DNA of 64,000 nucleotides from Bacillota bacterium (GCA_050951805.1 JBMNJT010000002.1:1492905-1556904); one strand, 5' to 3'; positions 9,926-19,649 are shown, counted from the first letter of the stretch. Translations and numbers: made by a program. The notes: generated from the letters alone by a model not told the origin.

Positions 9926-11273
9926 GGAATACCTCCCCAAGAGCAGAGAGTCCCAACGCTAGAGCGCAATCCACGACCTCTTTCCAGCGCTCAACTCGAT
10001 ATGGATTGTCAACATGGCTCCGATCGCCCGAACCCTCACTTTCGGGACGCCGCGCCTTAAAGCTAGACTCGGGCGAGTCCTTTTGCCCCGCAAAAGACCC
10101 GGGAGCTGCCGCATTAGCCTCCTCGGACTGCGTCAGTAATGCTATCATCTTGGCTGTGAAAGTTTGTTCCGCTTCGAGTAGATCCCTCTCAAGCGCGTCC
10201 ATCCCGGTGCAATTGGCATGATAGTTCTTCCCTGCAGGTTGATCTGTCCTGGGCAGACGCACTTCCTTCCGTGTACTGCCACGGCCCGGTCTCCTCCTAT
10301 CTTCGCCCCTAGGCCCCCTCACCACCAATTCTGTGCGGTCGGCAACTTCGAGATGGAAAAAGCGATCCTCAAATTCTCTCGCCAGCCCTGCCAAGATGGG
10401 TCTGAGAGCCGGATCCACGCGTCCCTCCAGTTCAACCCTTAAGCACAGCTCAGCATTGGCCATGTCACTCAGGCGTTCTCGAATTTCCGCTCCCGACTTT
10501 CCCGCAATGTCGACAGTAATGACTCGATGCTGCCGACTAGGAACCTTCATGGGGTTTACGCGAGTCCCATCTTCACGCAGACTCACGAGAAGTGCGTGCC
10601 GTTCACCTCTCGTATCAAAGTTGAGGTGTACCGGTGACCCCGAATACCAGCACGTCGCCTTTCCCACCGAGCAATTGACCATGTTATGGTAATGGCCTAA
10701 GGCCAAGTAATCGAGGCCAGACTGTGAAAGCGCATCGGGCGAAATAGGGCATATCGAAGAATCAAGCCCAGGAGTCCCAGCGAAAGTACCATGCATCAAC
10801 CCTACATGCATCCCCGAGCCCTCCACAACCAGGTTGGAAAGAACGGGCATAGTGGAATTCCGAGAAGTAGTCCTCAGTCCCCATACAGTGACCCCCGGAA
10901 AAGGCGAAACGGATGACCATTCCTCTGCCATGAAAAGATGAACATTCTCCCCAGAGCAAGCCTCCCGAAGCAGCTCCAAACCTCCGCTTTCTTCTGCTTC
11001 TCCCGGAGTAACCGCGACAAAAATCGAACTCCTGCCAAGCCTTGCAAACCCATTACGGACCTCTTCAACTACCGAGTCGGCCACTGAATCCGCACAGATC
11101 AAATCCCCCGGAATCAGCACCAGTCTCACATTGAGCCGGATTGCTTCACTCACAATGAAATTGAATGTATCCACCAGTTCCCGACGGCGTACAGCGCGAA
11201 CATCTCGTCTGTACTCGGTGAGCACGTGGTCGAGGTGAAGGTCGGACGTGTGCAGAATGCTCACAGGTTCCAA
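9870..11273 (-). CDS. YhaO/SbcD(Mre11)-like metallophosphoesterase DNA-repair nuclease
   Basis: LHTSDLHLD, PGDL, HG, DYLALGHYH, YSGSP motifs; TTG 11273 after GGGAGG; GNHD motif appears replaced by GEAE. Confidence 0.85.
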   Translation of the reverse strand: MEPVSILHTSDLHLDHVLTEYRRDVRAVRRRELVDTFNFIVSEAIRLNVRLVLIPGDLICADSVADSVVEEVRNGFARLGRSSIFVAVTPGEAEESGGLELLREACSGENVHLFMAEEWSSVSPFPGVTVWGLRTTSRNSTMPVLSNLVVEGSGMHVGLMHGTFAGTPGLDSSICPISPDALSQSGLDYLALGHYHNMVNCSVGKATCWYSGSPVHLNFDTRGERHALLVSLREDGTRVNPMKVPSRQHRVITVDIAGKSGAEIRERLSDMANAELCLRVELEGRVDPALRPILAGLAREFEDRFFHLEVADRTELVVRGPRGEDRRRPGRGSTRKEVRLPRTDQPAGKNYHANCTGMDALERDLLEAEQTFTAKMIALLTQSEEANAAAPGSFAGQKDSPESSFKARRPESEGSGDRSHVDNPYRVERWKEVVDCALALGLSALGEVFRGDDREAVGCGEKRRPDD

Positions 11274-11476
11274 AACCCTGCCCTCCCGCAGTTGTAGAAT
11301 GTGATGAACCGCAACACAGAAGATCGTAATACGCCGCAATTCACGAAATAGCGACGTTAATGTTGGTTATGCATTGCCATTACCATATGTATAAGCTTAG
11401 CTTTCAAATGCTAACTCGCACTGTCTATTTCTTCGTTACGCCCCCTTTCCCTTCATAACTCTTCCGGCATAAAGCG

Positions 11477-11500
11477 AGGCGCGCCCCGAAGGGCGCGCCT
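11477..11500 (-). terminator. GC hairpin downstream of WYL pair
   Basis: AGGCGCGCCC-TTCG-GGGCGCGCCT followed by cgcttt. Confidence 0.6.
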
Positions 11501-11626
11501 GTTAATGCTTGCAGTGCCGACAATATTCTTCATTCAGATGCCGAATCACGCTCGGCCCGACCATGGAAAGCGCCAACAGCCCGATTCTCCCCGCCCGCTC
11601 CCAAGATCATGTCTGTCCACGTCTCT

Positions 11627-12745
11627 CTATCCCAACAGCATACCGACTTTTTCATACCTATCCAACACCCTATCCACAGCCTCCGCCATACTCTGCCTCA
11701 ACTCCGGAGGCGCGAGAATCTCGGCTGATTCCCCGAACGTGGCCACCCAGGTGCGAAACTCGTTCCAGCCAGGCATCATGTCTCGATAGATCACCGACCC
11801 ATCCGTCTGAACCTCATACACAGCATCCGGCCGATCAGCCGTGTCGGCATACATCCTCTCGATGACATTGAAGTCGTTGAGGAAGCGAACCACAACTTCC
11901 ACCTGTTCGCAGCTGCATTCCACTCCCCAACACGTCTTCACGTGTCTTTCGACTTCCTCATCGGATGGCGCATCTATCTCGACACTTGACGGACCATATC
12001 CGAGAATTCGCGATACCCTGTAGTGTCGATATCCTCCGTGCCTCTCATTGTATCCGTACAGATACCACGCGCACGTCCTCCAATCGTAGACGAGGGCGAC
12101 AGGACAGGTGTCACGCTCACTTCTCTGCCCTGACGCATTCACATACGAGATGTGTATGGGTTCCCTCCTCGCCACGAAGAGGCCCAAGGCATCAAGCTTC
12201 GATTCCTCCTGTCCCTCGCCATACATGGTCCGTCCTGCCTTGACCACCCGCCTGCTCGCAGCAAGAGCGACTTCATCAGATGAACCGGCCTTGATAAGGC
12301 TCGCCTCTAGCTTTGACACTGCCCGCTCAGCGCCACCCATTCCATCGCGTTTCGCATCACCGCCACAAGCGGACGTAGCAGCCCCGCATGAAGGCTCAGA
12401 CCCCTTAAGTATGGCCAAGAGAGTTCTTGCTTCCTTCACTGAAAGAGACGTAATTGGAAAAGCGAAATCCTTAGAGGCAAGGCTCCATACCTCCTGATCG
12501 GGACAGAGAGGATCGTCGTCATCACAGGCATCGCACCCTTGATCCAAGTTGCTCATCAATGGGGCACGCATGTATTCTGACAGGCGTTGGATATCATCGC
12601 GAATTACCTCGGGCGTAGCCTCGCATGCAGCTGCAAGTTCTGCCACGCTCATGCCCTTGCCCGAAGCCAACAGCAGATTAATCACTCGTATTATGCGCCA
12701 GAACATCTCATCCCTCAGGACTTCCTGTGCGCCTGCCTCCCACAT
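11627..12745 (-). CDS. HTH-WYL-WCX transcriptional regulator (PafC/YafY-like)
   Basis: N-terminal wHTH (SVAELAAACEATPEVIRDDI), AWYLYGY, YRVSRI, C-terminal FGESAEILAPPELR; ATG 12745 after AAGGAGG. Confidence 0.9.
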   Translation of the reverse strand: MWEAGAQEVLRDEMFWRIIRVINLLLASGKGMSVAELAAACEATPEVIRDDIQRLSEYMRAPLMSNLDQGCDACDDDDPLCPDQEVWSLASKDFAFPITSLSVKEARTLLAILKGSEPSCGAATSACGGDAKRDGMGGAERAVSKLEASLIKAGSSDEVALAASRRVVKAGRTMYGEGQEESKLDALGLFVARREPIHISYVNASGQRSERDTCPVALVYDWRTCAWYLYGYNERHGGYRHYRVSRILGYGPSSVEIDAPSDEEVERHVKTCWGVECSCEQVEVVVRFLNDFNVIERMYADTADRPDAVYEVQTDGSVIYRDMMPGWNEFRTWVATFGESAEILAPPELRQSMAEAVDRVLDRYEKVGMLLG

Positions 12746-14048
12746 GGATAGCGTCCTCCTTCGCCTCCCCAGCCCCTGCCATGACCGAAGGGCCACAATA
12801 GATCTCCTTCATCCTTTCAGCACTGGCAATAAGCTGATTTCTTAAGTTTTCAGGCTCGATAACCACCGCAGAACTCCCGAATGTTCGCAGCCACGTTCTG
12901 AACTCGGAAAGCCCCATGACCGTGTCAACAAGTTCCCATACCCCATCGTCCACCTGGCATAGTCGAGCGGAAGGCCTTCCCAACACCTCTGCATGAAGCC
13001 TATCCACCACATTCATCTCATCAAAGAACAAAACCTTCACTGAAGTAGGTTCGCCAGCGTAGACTCCCCACATCTCGGAGGTGTAATCCGATAAATCAAA
13101 ATCCTCTGGATACTCGTATCTGTCGGAAGTCAGCATCATCCCGTCAATCCGATCCACCCTGAAGTGCCTTAGCTCATCCGCCCTTCGGCAGCGAGCAACG
13201 AGATACCATGCATCATGAAACCAGTAGTAGACTACCCCCAACGGCTCTACGTCTCTGACCTTGCTCGCCCCATCGCCCGTGCCCCGATACCTGATCCTCA
13301 CGACCCGGCCCTCCAGCGACGCCAACTCCAGGGTATCAACCTTCCTAAGTATGGCCGGATCCGACCTTCGAGTCCGGCCCTTGGTAAACCTTCGTCTAGT
13401 TACATAATGAGCAGGCCCCGTCTGCGGCGCCACACTCGCAAGGAGTTTGTCGCGGATGGAAACAACAGTAGCGTGGTCAGCCACCGCCTCCGGCGCAGAC
13501 TCCAGCGCAAGCACCACCGCCACCAACTCATCGCAGGTCAGCGAAAATCTTGGCATGAATGCACTGCTCAGCCTGTACGCGCCTGATCTATCGACACATT
13601 CGCCGCGGCAGGATGGCCCGGTTTTCCCACCGGGCTCGCTCCACTGGCCGGGAGCCTCCACAAGGCCGCGAGACTCCAGGTAATCCACGTCGCGCCTCAC
13701 AGTCCGTTCGTCGATGCTAAAGTCGCGTATGGGGTCATTCAGATACGTTACTATGCTTGTTATGGTTGAGGGGCCACCTGTAAGGTATGTGAGGATGGCC
13801 AGCTGTCGCATGGCAGCTTCTGAGGACCTAGCGTGGTATCCGCCGCCATCGTCTTCGCAGACGACTAGGGCATCACGTATTTCAATCTTTGCCCCAACCA
13901 TCCTCAGTTTCGCCAAATCGCGTTGGAGAGTTCGCATGGATATGTCGAAAGCTTCGAGAATGGTGTCAACCTGGCATGACCCCCCAGACGACTTCACCAT
14001 CTCGAGTATCGATAATAGCCTGGTATCTCTTCCTCCAGCCATATGCAA
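12708..14048 (-). CDS. WYL regulator with two tandem wHTH domains (PafB-like)
   Basis: SMRTLQRDL and DERTVRRDV HTHs, AWYLVARC, FRVDRI, FGSSAVVIEPENLR. Confidence 0.9.
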   Translation of the reverse strand: MHMAGGRDTRLLSILEMVKSSGGSCQVDTILEAFDISMRTLQRDLAKLRMVGAKIEIRDALVVCEDDGGGYHARSSEAAMRQLAILTYLTGGPSTITSIVTYLNDPIRDFSIDERTVRRDVDYLESRGLVEAPGQWSEPGGKTGPSCRGECVDRSGAYRLSSAFMPRFSLTCDELVAVVLALESAPEAVADHATVVSIRDKLLASVAPQTGPAHYVTRRRFTKGRTRRSDPAILRKVDTLELASLEGRVVRIRYRGTGDGASKVRDVEPLGVVYYWFHDAWYLVARCRRADELRHFRVDRIDGMMLTSDRYEYPEDFDLSDYTSEMWGVYAGEPTSVKVLFFDEMNVVDRLHAEVLGRPSARLCQVDDGVWELVDTVMGLSEFRTWLRTFGSSAVVIEPENLRNQLIASAERMKEIYCGPSVMAGAGEAKEDAIHVGGRRTGSPEG

Positions 14049-14070
14049 TCACCCAGAGGACAATTCGACA

Positions 14071-14709
14071 TCAGGCCGTCACGTCCCTCTCTATCTCCTG
14101 GAACATAAGCTCCCGCAACTTCCTCCTTGCCCGGAATGCTGCATTGTCGACTGTCTTCGTTTCCACACCCATGTTTACGGCAAGTTCTCTGTAGGACGCC
14201 CCTTCAGCCAGCCCCTTGAAGACTTCAAGCTCCAACGTTGAGAGCGCACTAGACGCCACATTCATGATTCTTGCTGCAGAATCATGCGCAATTGCTTCTT
14301 CGACTGGATCGACAGCATCAGTATCGGCTACAGATTCAATGAGGTTCCGGTCATCTGAATCCCACGATCTAGCAGAACCCCATAGCGGAAGAACCGGCGC
14401 CGGAGGGGTGTTCTTCGAACGCCGGAATGACCTTGCAACGCTGCACAGTCTTCGATTCACACACAACTCCGCAAATGTGAAGAATGATGCAAGCTTAGGA
14501 TTGTATGCGCGCACCGCCGCTAGGAATCCAAGCCGGGCTTCCTGTAACAGATCATCCCTGCTTACCACATCCTCGTTGAAGAAAGGCTTAGTCCATACGT
14601 AGATTGCCCTGGAATACCTGTCGAGCAACTCGGCAAAAGCCTCGCCACAATTCTCCTCCTGAACGGCTGCAATCAACTGAAGCTCGGGCAACAAAGCAAC
14701 GTTCTGCAT
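14071..14709 (-). CDS. Divergent SigH-like sigma-70 family factor
   Basis: DDLLQEARLGF, SFFTFAELCV, LSTLELEV...SYRELA...KTVDNAAFRARRKL; ATG 14709 lies 7 nt after GGAGG. Confidence 0.85.
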   Translation of the reverse strand: MQNVALLPELQLIAAVQEENCGEAFAELLDRYSRAIYVWTKPFFNEDVVSRDDLLQEARLGFLAAVRAYNPKLASFFTFAELCVNRRLCSVARSFRRSKNTPPAPVLPLWGSARSWDSDDRNLIESVADTDAVDPVEEAIAHDSAARIMNVASSALSTLELEVFKGLAEGASYRELAVNMGVETKTVDNAAFRARRKLRELMFQEIERDVTA

Positions 14710-14822
14710 TGCCATACCTCCCAGAATGTCGAAGTCCTCGGCTAGACACCGAGGACATGGTAACATTCCGGTCCGGCACAAACCTGTCACATCAGCAAAA
14801 CCTTGCCTGGCGGCGCCATCAC

Positions 14823-16253
14823 TCAGGCGCAGCGCAACGATTCGAGGCCTGCAAAAGCGAGAGCGCTCTCCAGGCGTTTGCGCGTTATCATACATCCTAT
14901 GGCGTATGGCTCCATTAAGGTTCCGTTCATTTGGTGCGCGTTAGCATGGCACCCGCCGGAACACAAATACCGCGCCCAGCAATCGCGGCACGCCTCCTTA
15001 GCATATATATGCGCAGCGCCGAACCTCTCGCCTATCTCAGGCTTTTCAATCCCGTGGAACACATCTCCCATCACGAAGCCCTCCCTGCCCACAAACTGAT
15101 GGCATGGATAGAGCTCCCCGTCTGGGGTCACTGCCACGTATTCCCGCCCGGCCCCGCACCCAAGCAACCGTTTGGCAAGGCACGGACCCTTAGCCACGTC
15201 AAGGTCGAAATGGAAAAAACGAAATCCCCGTCCCTCCTCACTTCTCGCGTCCATCTCGCGAACGAGTCTATCGTATGACCTATAGATCTCGTCGAGATCG
15301 GATTCGCGAATCGAATAAGGAGATGATGGCGGCGAAACGACAGGCTCGAAAGATATACTTGCAAAACCCATGTCCGCGAGGAAAAGCACGTCTTCCACGA
15401 AATCCGTGTTCTTTCTCGTATACGTGCCCCGCGCGTAGTACTCGCCATCAGGGCCCTCAGGGCGAGTCTTAACGAAACTGAGCGCATTTGCAGAACAGCG
15501 ATCAAATGTAGATTCGCCGGAGGCGCCCTTGCGGACTGCATCATGGACCTGGGGCCTTCCATCGAGGCTGAGCACCGCCGCAATCTGATTGTCATTGAGA
15601 AACTTCCCAATTTCAGGCGTGAGGCGAGTTGCGTTCGTCGTGATGGTAAACTTCAATACTTTTCCTGTCTCCGCCTCTAGTTTCCGGCCATGCTCTACCG
15701 CTCGAACCACCGTATCCATGGCCAGAAGCGGCTCTCCGCCGAAAAAGTCGACATCAAGGTGCTTCACGTGGCCGCTAATGTCGAAGAGAAGATCGAGCGC
15801 AGCGCATGCGATCTCAGGCGGCATCAGGCTTCGCCTTCCTCCGAACCCTCCCGTACCAGCAAAGCAGTATCCGCACCTCATGTCGCAATCATGCGCCACA
15901 TGGAGGCACATGGCTTTGACCACCCCGGGGCCAAGTGCCGACGGGACTGGATCCTCATCGTCAGGCCATGCAAGGGTTCCCTCATCAATCAGCACAGCTA
16001 GGTCGTGCAGAATCTCCTCTGTTTGACTGACGTCAACGCCTGCCGCGGCAGCAAGATCTGCCGCAGCGCACTCCCGAGTTCCAGCTTGATCACAGGAGGA
16101 TACGAGCGCCTCCAAAACGTCCCATGCCGCATCATCAATGGCATGCAAGCTGCCAGACTGGACGTCAAGAAGGAAACGAGCGTCCGCTGCCTGGAACCAG
16201 TGCCAATTGCGCCTGATTCCAGCTGCCGACGGACGCCTTCGCTCAATATCCAG
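14823..16253 (-). CDS. scfB: Thioether cross-link-forming SCIFF (ranthipeptide) radical SAM maturase
   Basis: VKAMCLHVAHDCDMRCGYCFA, DFFGGEPL, GPCLAKRLLGCGAG, CRDCWARYLCSGGCHAN; start codon uncertain. Confidence 0.92.
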   Translation of the reverse strand: MDIERRRPSAAGIRRNWHWFQAADARFLLDVQSGSLHAIDDAAWDVLEALVSSCDQAGTRECAAADLAAAAGVDVSQTEEILHDLAVLIDEGTLAWPDDEDPVPSALGPGVVKAMCLHVAHDCDMRCGYCFAGTGGFGGRRSLMPPEIACAALDLLFDISGHVKHLDVDFFGGEPLLAMDTVVRAVEHGRKLEAETGKVLKFTITTNATRLTPEIGKFLNDNQIAAVLSLDGRPQVHDAVRKGASGESTFDRCSANALSFVKTRPEGPDGEYYARGTYTRKNTDFVEDVLFLADMGFASISFEPVVSPPSSPYSIRESDLDEIYRSYDRLVREMDARSEEGRGFRFFHFDLDVAKGPCLAKRLLGCGAGREYVAVTPDGELYPCHQFVGREGFVMGDVFHGIEKPEIGERFGAAHIYAKEACRDCWARYLCSGGCHANAHQMNGTLMEPYAIGCMITRKRLESALAFAGLESLRCA

Positions 16254-16261
16254 TATGTCGG

Positions 16262-16423
16262 CTATCTCCGACAAGCCTGGTTCCCAAGCGTACACGATGT
16301 CTTGCAAGCAGACTGGCAGGAGGTCTGGCACTCCCTGCAACCGCCTGACGACACCGTAGACTTGAGATCAGATGCTATGATCGTCTTTACATGCTTCGTA
16401 TTCTTCTTGCTGTCAGTATTCAC
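16262..16423 (-). CDS. scfA: SCIFF six-cysteine ranthipeptide precursor, 53 aa
   Basis: Manual translation MNTDSKKNTKHVKTIIASDLKSTVSSGGCRECQTSCQSACKTSCTLGNQACRR; absent from ORF track. Confidence 0.95.
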   Translation of the reverse strand: MNTDSKKNTKHVKTIIASDLKSTVSSGGCRECQTSCQSACKTSCTLGNQACRR

Positions 16424-16453
16424 GCTTATTCCCCCGTTTGACCGATTACACGT

Positions 16454-17482
16454 CTAGAGTATACCACCGCCAGAAGAGGATGCCAACTCTTCCACCACAC
16501 CCACCAGCAGCCGGGTTGCAGCGTCAACGTCCCTCATGTCCACCATCTCGCAGGGAGTGTGAACATATCTGCACGGAATAGAGATCGTCCCCGAAGGCAC
16601 GCCTTCACGCGTCAGGTGAATAGCGCCCGCATCCGTCCCTCCGCGTTCCAGGACTTCCATCTGGTATAGAATCCCCTTCTTCTCGGCAACATCTATCATG
16701 AGGTTTTTGACCTTTGGATGAGCGATTACACTTGAATCCTTCGCCTTGATAGCCACGCCTTTTCCAAGCACGACGTTAAAAGGCGCGCATTCAGGAGTAT
16801 CACCCCAGGTTGTAACATCCACCGCTATCCCAACATCGGGATTGATGCCATATGCCGCTGCCTTGGCACCACGCAGACCCAGCTCTTCCTGGACAGTGAA
16901 AACAAAATAGGCCTCGTGACGCTCTGGGCGGACGGATTTCATAGCCTCTATCACCACTGCACAGGAGATCCGGTTGTCCATAGTCTTCGAGGTCACTCTG
17001 TCCCCCAAATCCGAGAATTCCCGTAGTATGACGGCTGAGTCCCCCACCCGGACTTTCTTCTCGGCTTCATCCTTGCTTGATGCACCGATATCTATGAACA
17101 TCTTGTCGAACGCCAAAGACTTCATGTCCTCCAGCTTCTCGGTGCCGAACACGCCCACAGTTCCGTTTTCGAAGATGACCTTCTGCCCTAAGAGTACGTA
17201 TGGGCTGAGCCCGCCGACTGGAGAGAACCGCAGAAATCCCTTGTCATCTATGTATGAAACGAGCACTCCGATCTCATCCATGTGAGCGGCGACCATGATC
17301 CGTTTGGGATCGCTGCCGTCTGCAGGCGACTTCGGGGCCACGCGGCAGATGAGGTTGCCGAGGGAGTCGACTCGGATTTCGTCGGCGAACTTTTCGACCT
17401 CAGCCTTGATAATCTCCCTAACCTTGTCTTCAGACCCTGACGGGCCGTATGCTTCAGTTAGTCTTTTTACAAGATCCTTCAT
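16454..17482 (-). CDS. M42 family metallo-aminopeptidase
   Basis: AAHMDEIG, MDNR, VQEELGLRGA, GGTDAG, RYVHT. Confidence 0.93.
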   Translation of the reverse strand: MKDLVKRLTEAYGPSGSEDKVREIIKAEVEKFADEIRVDSLGNLICRVAPKSPADGSDPKRIMVAAHMDEIGVLVSYIDDKGFLRFSPVGGLSPYVLLGQKVIFENGTVGVFGTEKLEDMKSLAFDKMFIDIGASSKDEAEKKVRVGDSAVILREFSDLGDRVTSKTMDNRISCAVVIEAMKSVRPERHEAYFVFTVQEELGLRGAKAAAYGINPDVGIAVDVTTWGDTPECAPFNVVLGKGVAIKAKDSSVIAHPKVKNLMIDVAEKKGILYQMEVLERGGTDAGAIHLTREGVPSGTISIPCRYVHTPCEMVDMRDVDAATRLLVGVVEELASSSGGGIL

Positions 17483-18506
17483 CTATCGGCAAACCCCTTT
17501 CGTCAAGGCTGTCAAGGAACAGCCCGGCAAGCTTTACGTAGTTTTCGAAATCAGAGAGGTTTATCACCGAAACCGGCGAGTGGATAAACCGACACGGCAT
17601 CGAGACTACTGCAGCAGGAATTCCTTCCCGTGTCAGGCCGATGCGTCCGGCATCGGTGCCTCCCGTCACAGTACGCTTGAACTGATACGGAACACTTGCT
17701 GCCTCAGCTGTCTCGACCAGCCGGTCGATTATGCGCTTGTCGCCCACCCATGAGCGGTCCATGTATACGATGGCCGGACCTTTACCCGGGACCGTGGAGA
17801 CACTGTGCTCCGGGGTCTCAGGCACATCATGGGCCGTGGTGCCCTCCAACACGATAGCAAGATCGGGTTCGATCTGGAAGGCGGCAACTCCTGCCCCTCT
17901 GAGGCCTACCTCTTCCTGGACTGTAAAAGCCCCGTAAAGGTCGAAGTCGTGCTGGACTTTGAGAGCTTCTATAATCGCACAGCAACCGACGCGGTCATCA
18001 AATGCCTTGCCTTTCATGAACCCATCGCCCAATGGCTCACACTTAGTCGCAAAAACCACAGGGTCACCTAATTTCACGAGTTTCTCGGCATCTTCCTTGT
18101 TTTTTGCGCCAATATCCACGAGAAGAGCGTCCATCTTAGTGGCGCGATCCATGTCCTCCCGTTCCAATAGATGGATCGGCTTGGATCCGATAACGCCGGG
18201 CAGTTTGTTGCGCCCGACATACACCATCTTTGAGACGAGAACTCGCGGATCCACGCCTCCCACAGAGTCCACGTGAAGAAGGCCATTGGATTCAAAACCC
18301 ACCACCATCAAGCCGACTTCGTCCATGTGCGCAGCAAGCATTACTCTGGCCTTTCCCGTCCTGCCACGCTTCAAAGCGACAAGGTTGCCAATCGGATCAA
18401 TCTTGATCTCGTCAACATAGGGAGCGATTTCGTTCCGGATAGTGGCGCGAATCTCGCCCTCCTGACCGGAAATGCCCGAAGCCTCTGAAAGCTTGGCTAG
18501 AAGCAA
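17454..18506 (-). CDS. M42 family metallo-aminopeptidase
   Basis: AAHMDEVG, KAFDDR, VQEEVGLRGA, GGTDAG, RFIHS. Confidence 0.93.
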   Translation of the reverse strand: MLLAKLSEASGISGQEGEIRATIRNEIAPYVDEIKIDPIGNLVALKRGRTGKARVMLAAHMDEVGLMVVGFESNGLLHVDSVGGVDPRVLVSKMVYVGRNKLPGVIGSKPIHLLEREDMDRATKMDALLVDIGAKNKEDAEKLVKLGDPVVFATKCEPLGDGFMKGKAFDDRVGCCAIIEALKVQHDFDLYGAFTVQEEVGLRGAGVAAFQIEPDLAIVLEGTTAHDVPETPEHSVSTVPGKGPAIVYMDRSWVGDKRIIDRLVETAEAASVPYQFKRTVTGGTDAGRIGLTREGIPAAVVSMPCRFIHSPVSVINLSDFENYVKLAGLFLDSLDERGLPIDEGSCKKTN

Positions 18507-19552
18507 GTCAATCCCTCCCTGAACCGGGAGTCAACTGCGCTCGCGAAGAATGCCAGCAACTGCCCGGATTTTTTCACATCTTCAACCGAGAGAGTTTCAA
18601 CAGATGTATGCATGTAGCGAAGAGGCACGGAAATCAGACCGGTGGCCACGCCAGAACGTGTCATCTGCATGGCATAGGCATCGGTCCCCCGCGGAGAAGT
18701 GCCCGCTTCCACCTGATACGCTATTCCGCGCTCCTCTGCAATCTCCTTCAACTTGGAGAAGATGTGGGGATGCACATGCGGGCCATAGCTTATGGCAGGC
18801 CCTCCCCCCAACTTCAGCGTATGATGCTCCGGCAACCCTGGCATGTCTCCATGACCAACATCTATGGCGATACCTATATCGGGCGTTATCCCATAGGTGC
18901 TCGTGATGCTGCCCCCGTAACCAACTTCCTCCTGAACTGTGGCGACGAAGTAAACGTCACAATCGTGCTTGAGCTTTTGCAATTCAACCGCGCATTCGTA
19001 CATCACCGCAACACCGGCCCGGTCATCCATGCTCTTACCGGAAATGCGGTCGTTTGCCAATTCCACACCTGTTCGATCGAAGCTGACAACGTCGCCCACG
19101 CGCACAAGCTCGCGCAGCCTCTCTGCGGACATTCCGCAGTCCACAACGAGCTCCTCCCATTTCCACGACTTGTCCTTGTCTTTAGGATCCTGGAGATGCG
19201 GCGGGATCGCACCTATGACCCCGGAAATATCGCGTCTTCCATGCACAGTCACTTCCATGGAGGGCAAGATGCGTCGGTCTACCCCTCCCATCATTCTGAC
19301 TTGCAAAAACCCTTCATCCTCGATCTTCGATACTATCATGCCAATTTCGTCGACATGAGCGGCGACCATGATCTTGGCAGAGGGCTTGGGAGAAGCTCCT
19401 CTCTTGAGCATGATCACGCTTCCGAGCGAGTCCCGCCGAACTTCGTCGACAATGTCAGCGAAGAGGGCAGTCACAACGTCCCCAGCGGGAGACTCGTACC
19501 CAGTCACGCCGCGAGCGTCGGCGAGGCGCAAGATCGCTTGCTTCGTATCCAT
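18497..19552 (-). CDS. M42 family metallo-aminopeptidase
   Basis: AAHVDEIG, KSMDDR, VQEEVG, GTDA, RYMHT; likely start MDTKQ. Confidence 0.93.
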   Translation of the reverse strand: MDTKQAILRLADARGVTGYESPAGDVVTALFADIVDEVRRDSLGSVIMLKRGASPKPSAKIMVAAHVDEIGMIVSKIEDEGFLQVRMMGGVDRRILPSMEVTVHGRRDISGVIGAIPPHLQDPKDKDKSWKWEELVVDCGMSAERLRELVRVGDVVSFDRTGVELANDRISGKSMDDRAGVAVMYECAVELQKLKHDCDVYFVATVQEEVGYGGSITSTYGITPDIGIAIDVGHGDMPGLPEHHTLKLGGGPAISYGPHVHPHIFSKLKEIAEERGIAYQVEAGTSPRGTDAYAMQMTRSGVATGLISVPLRYMHTSVETLSVEDVKKSGQLLAFFASAVDSRFREGLTCF

Positions 19553-19624
19553 AACCCGTCCCCTTTCCGCACCCATTAAGTGACGACCCTGACCCACAGC
19601 TCCAGGACCGCACACCTTTTTTGT

Positions 19625-19649
19625 ATTCGCCATTGCATGCGCGCTTCCT
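19625..19649 (-). promoter_or_regulatory. SigH-type promoter of the M42/SCIFF operon
   Basis: gcAGGA-N17-GAAT. Confidence 0.6.

Noticed and set aside
11351-11366. GCGACGTTAATGTTGG as a WYL-binding palindrome before yhaO
   Set aside because: Too degenerate, and no PafBC-type TGTCGG-N10-TA-N3-T match nearby
16254-16340. ORF-track N-terminal extension of ScfB
   Set aside because: Overlaps the Cys-rich core of scfA in another frame; treated as unlikely though not excluded
18608-19579. 323-aa plus-strand ORF and many similar antisense ORFs
   Set aside because: Shadows of well-supported genes in GC-rich DNA; no motifs
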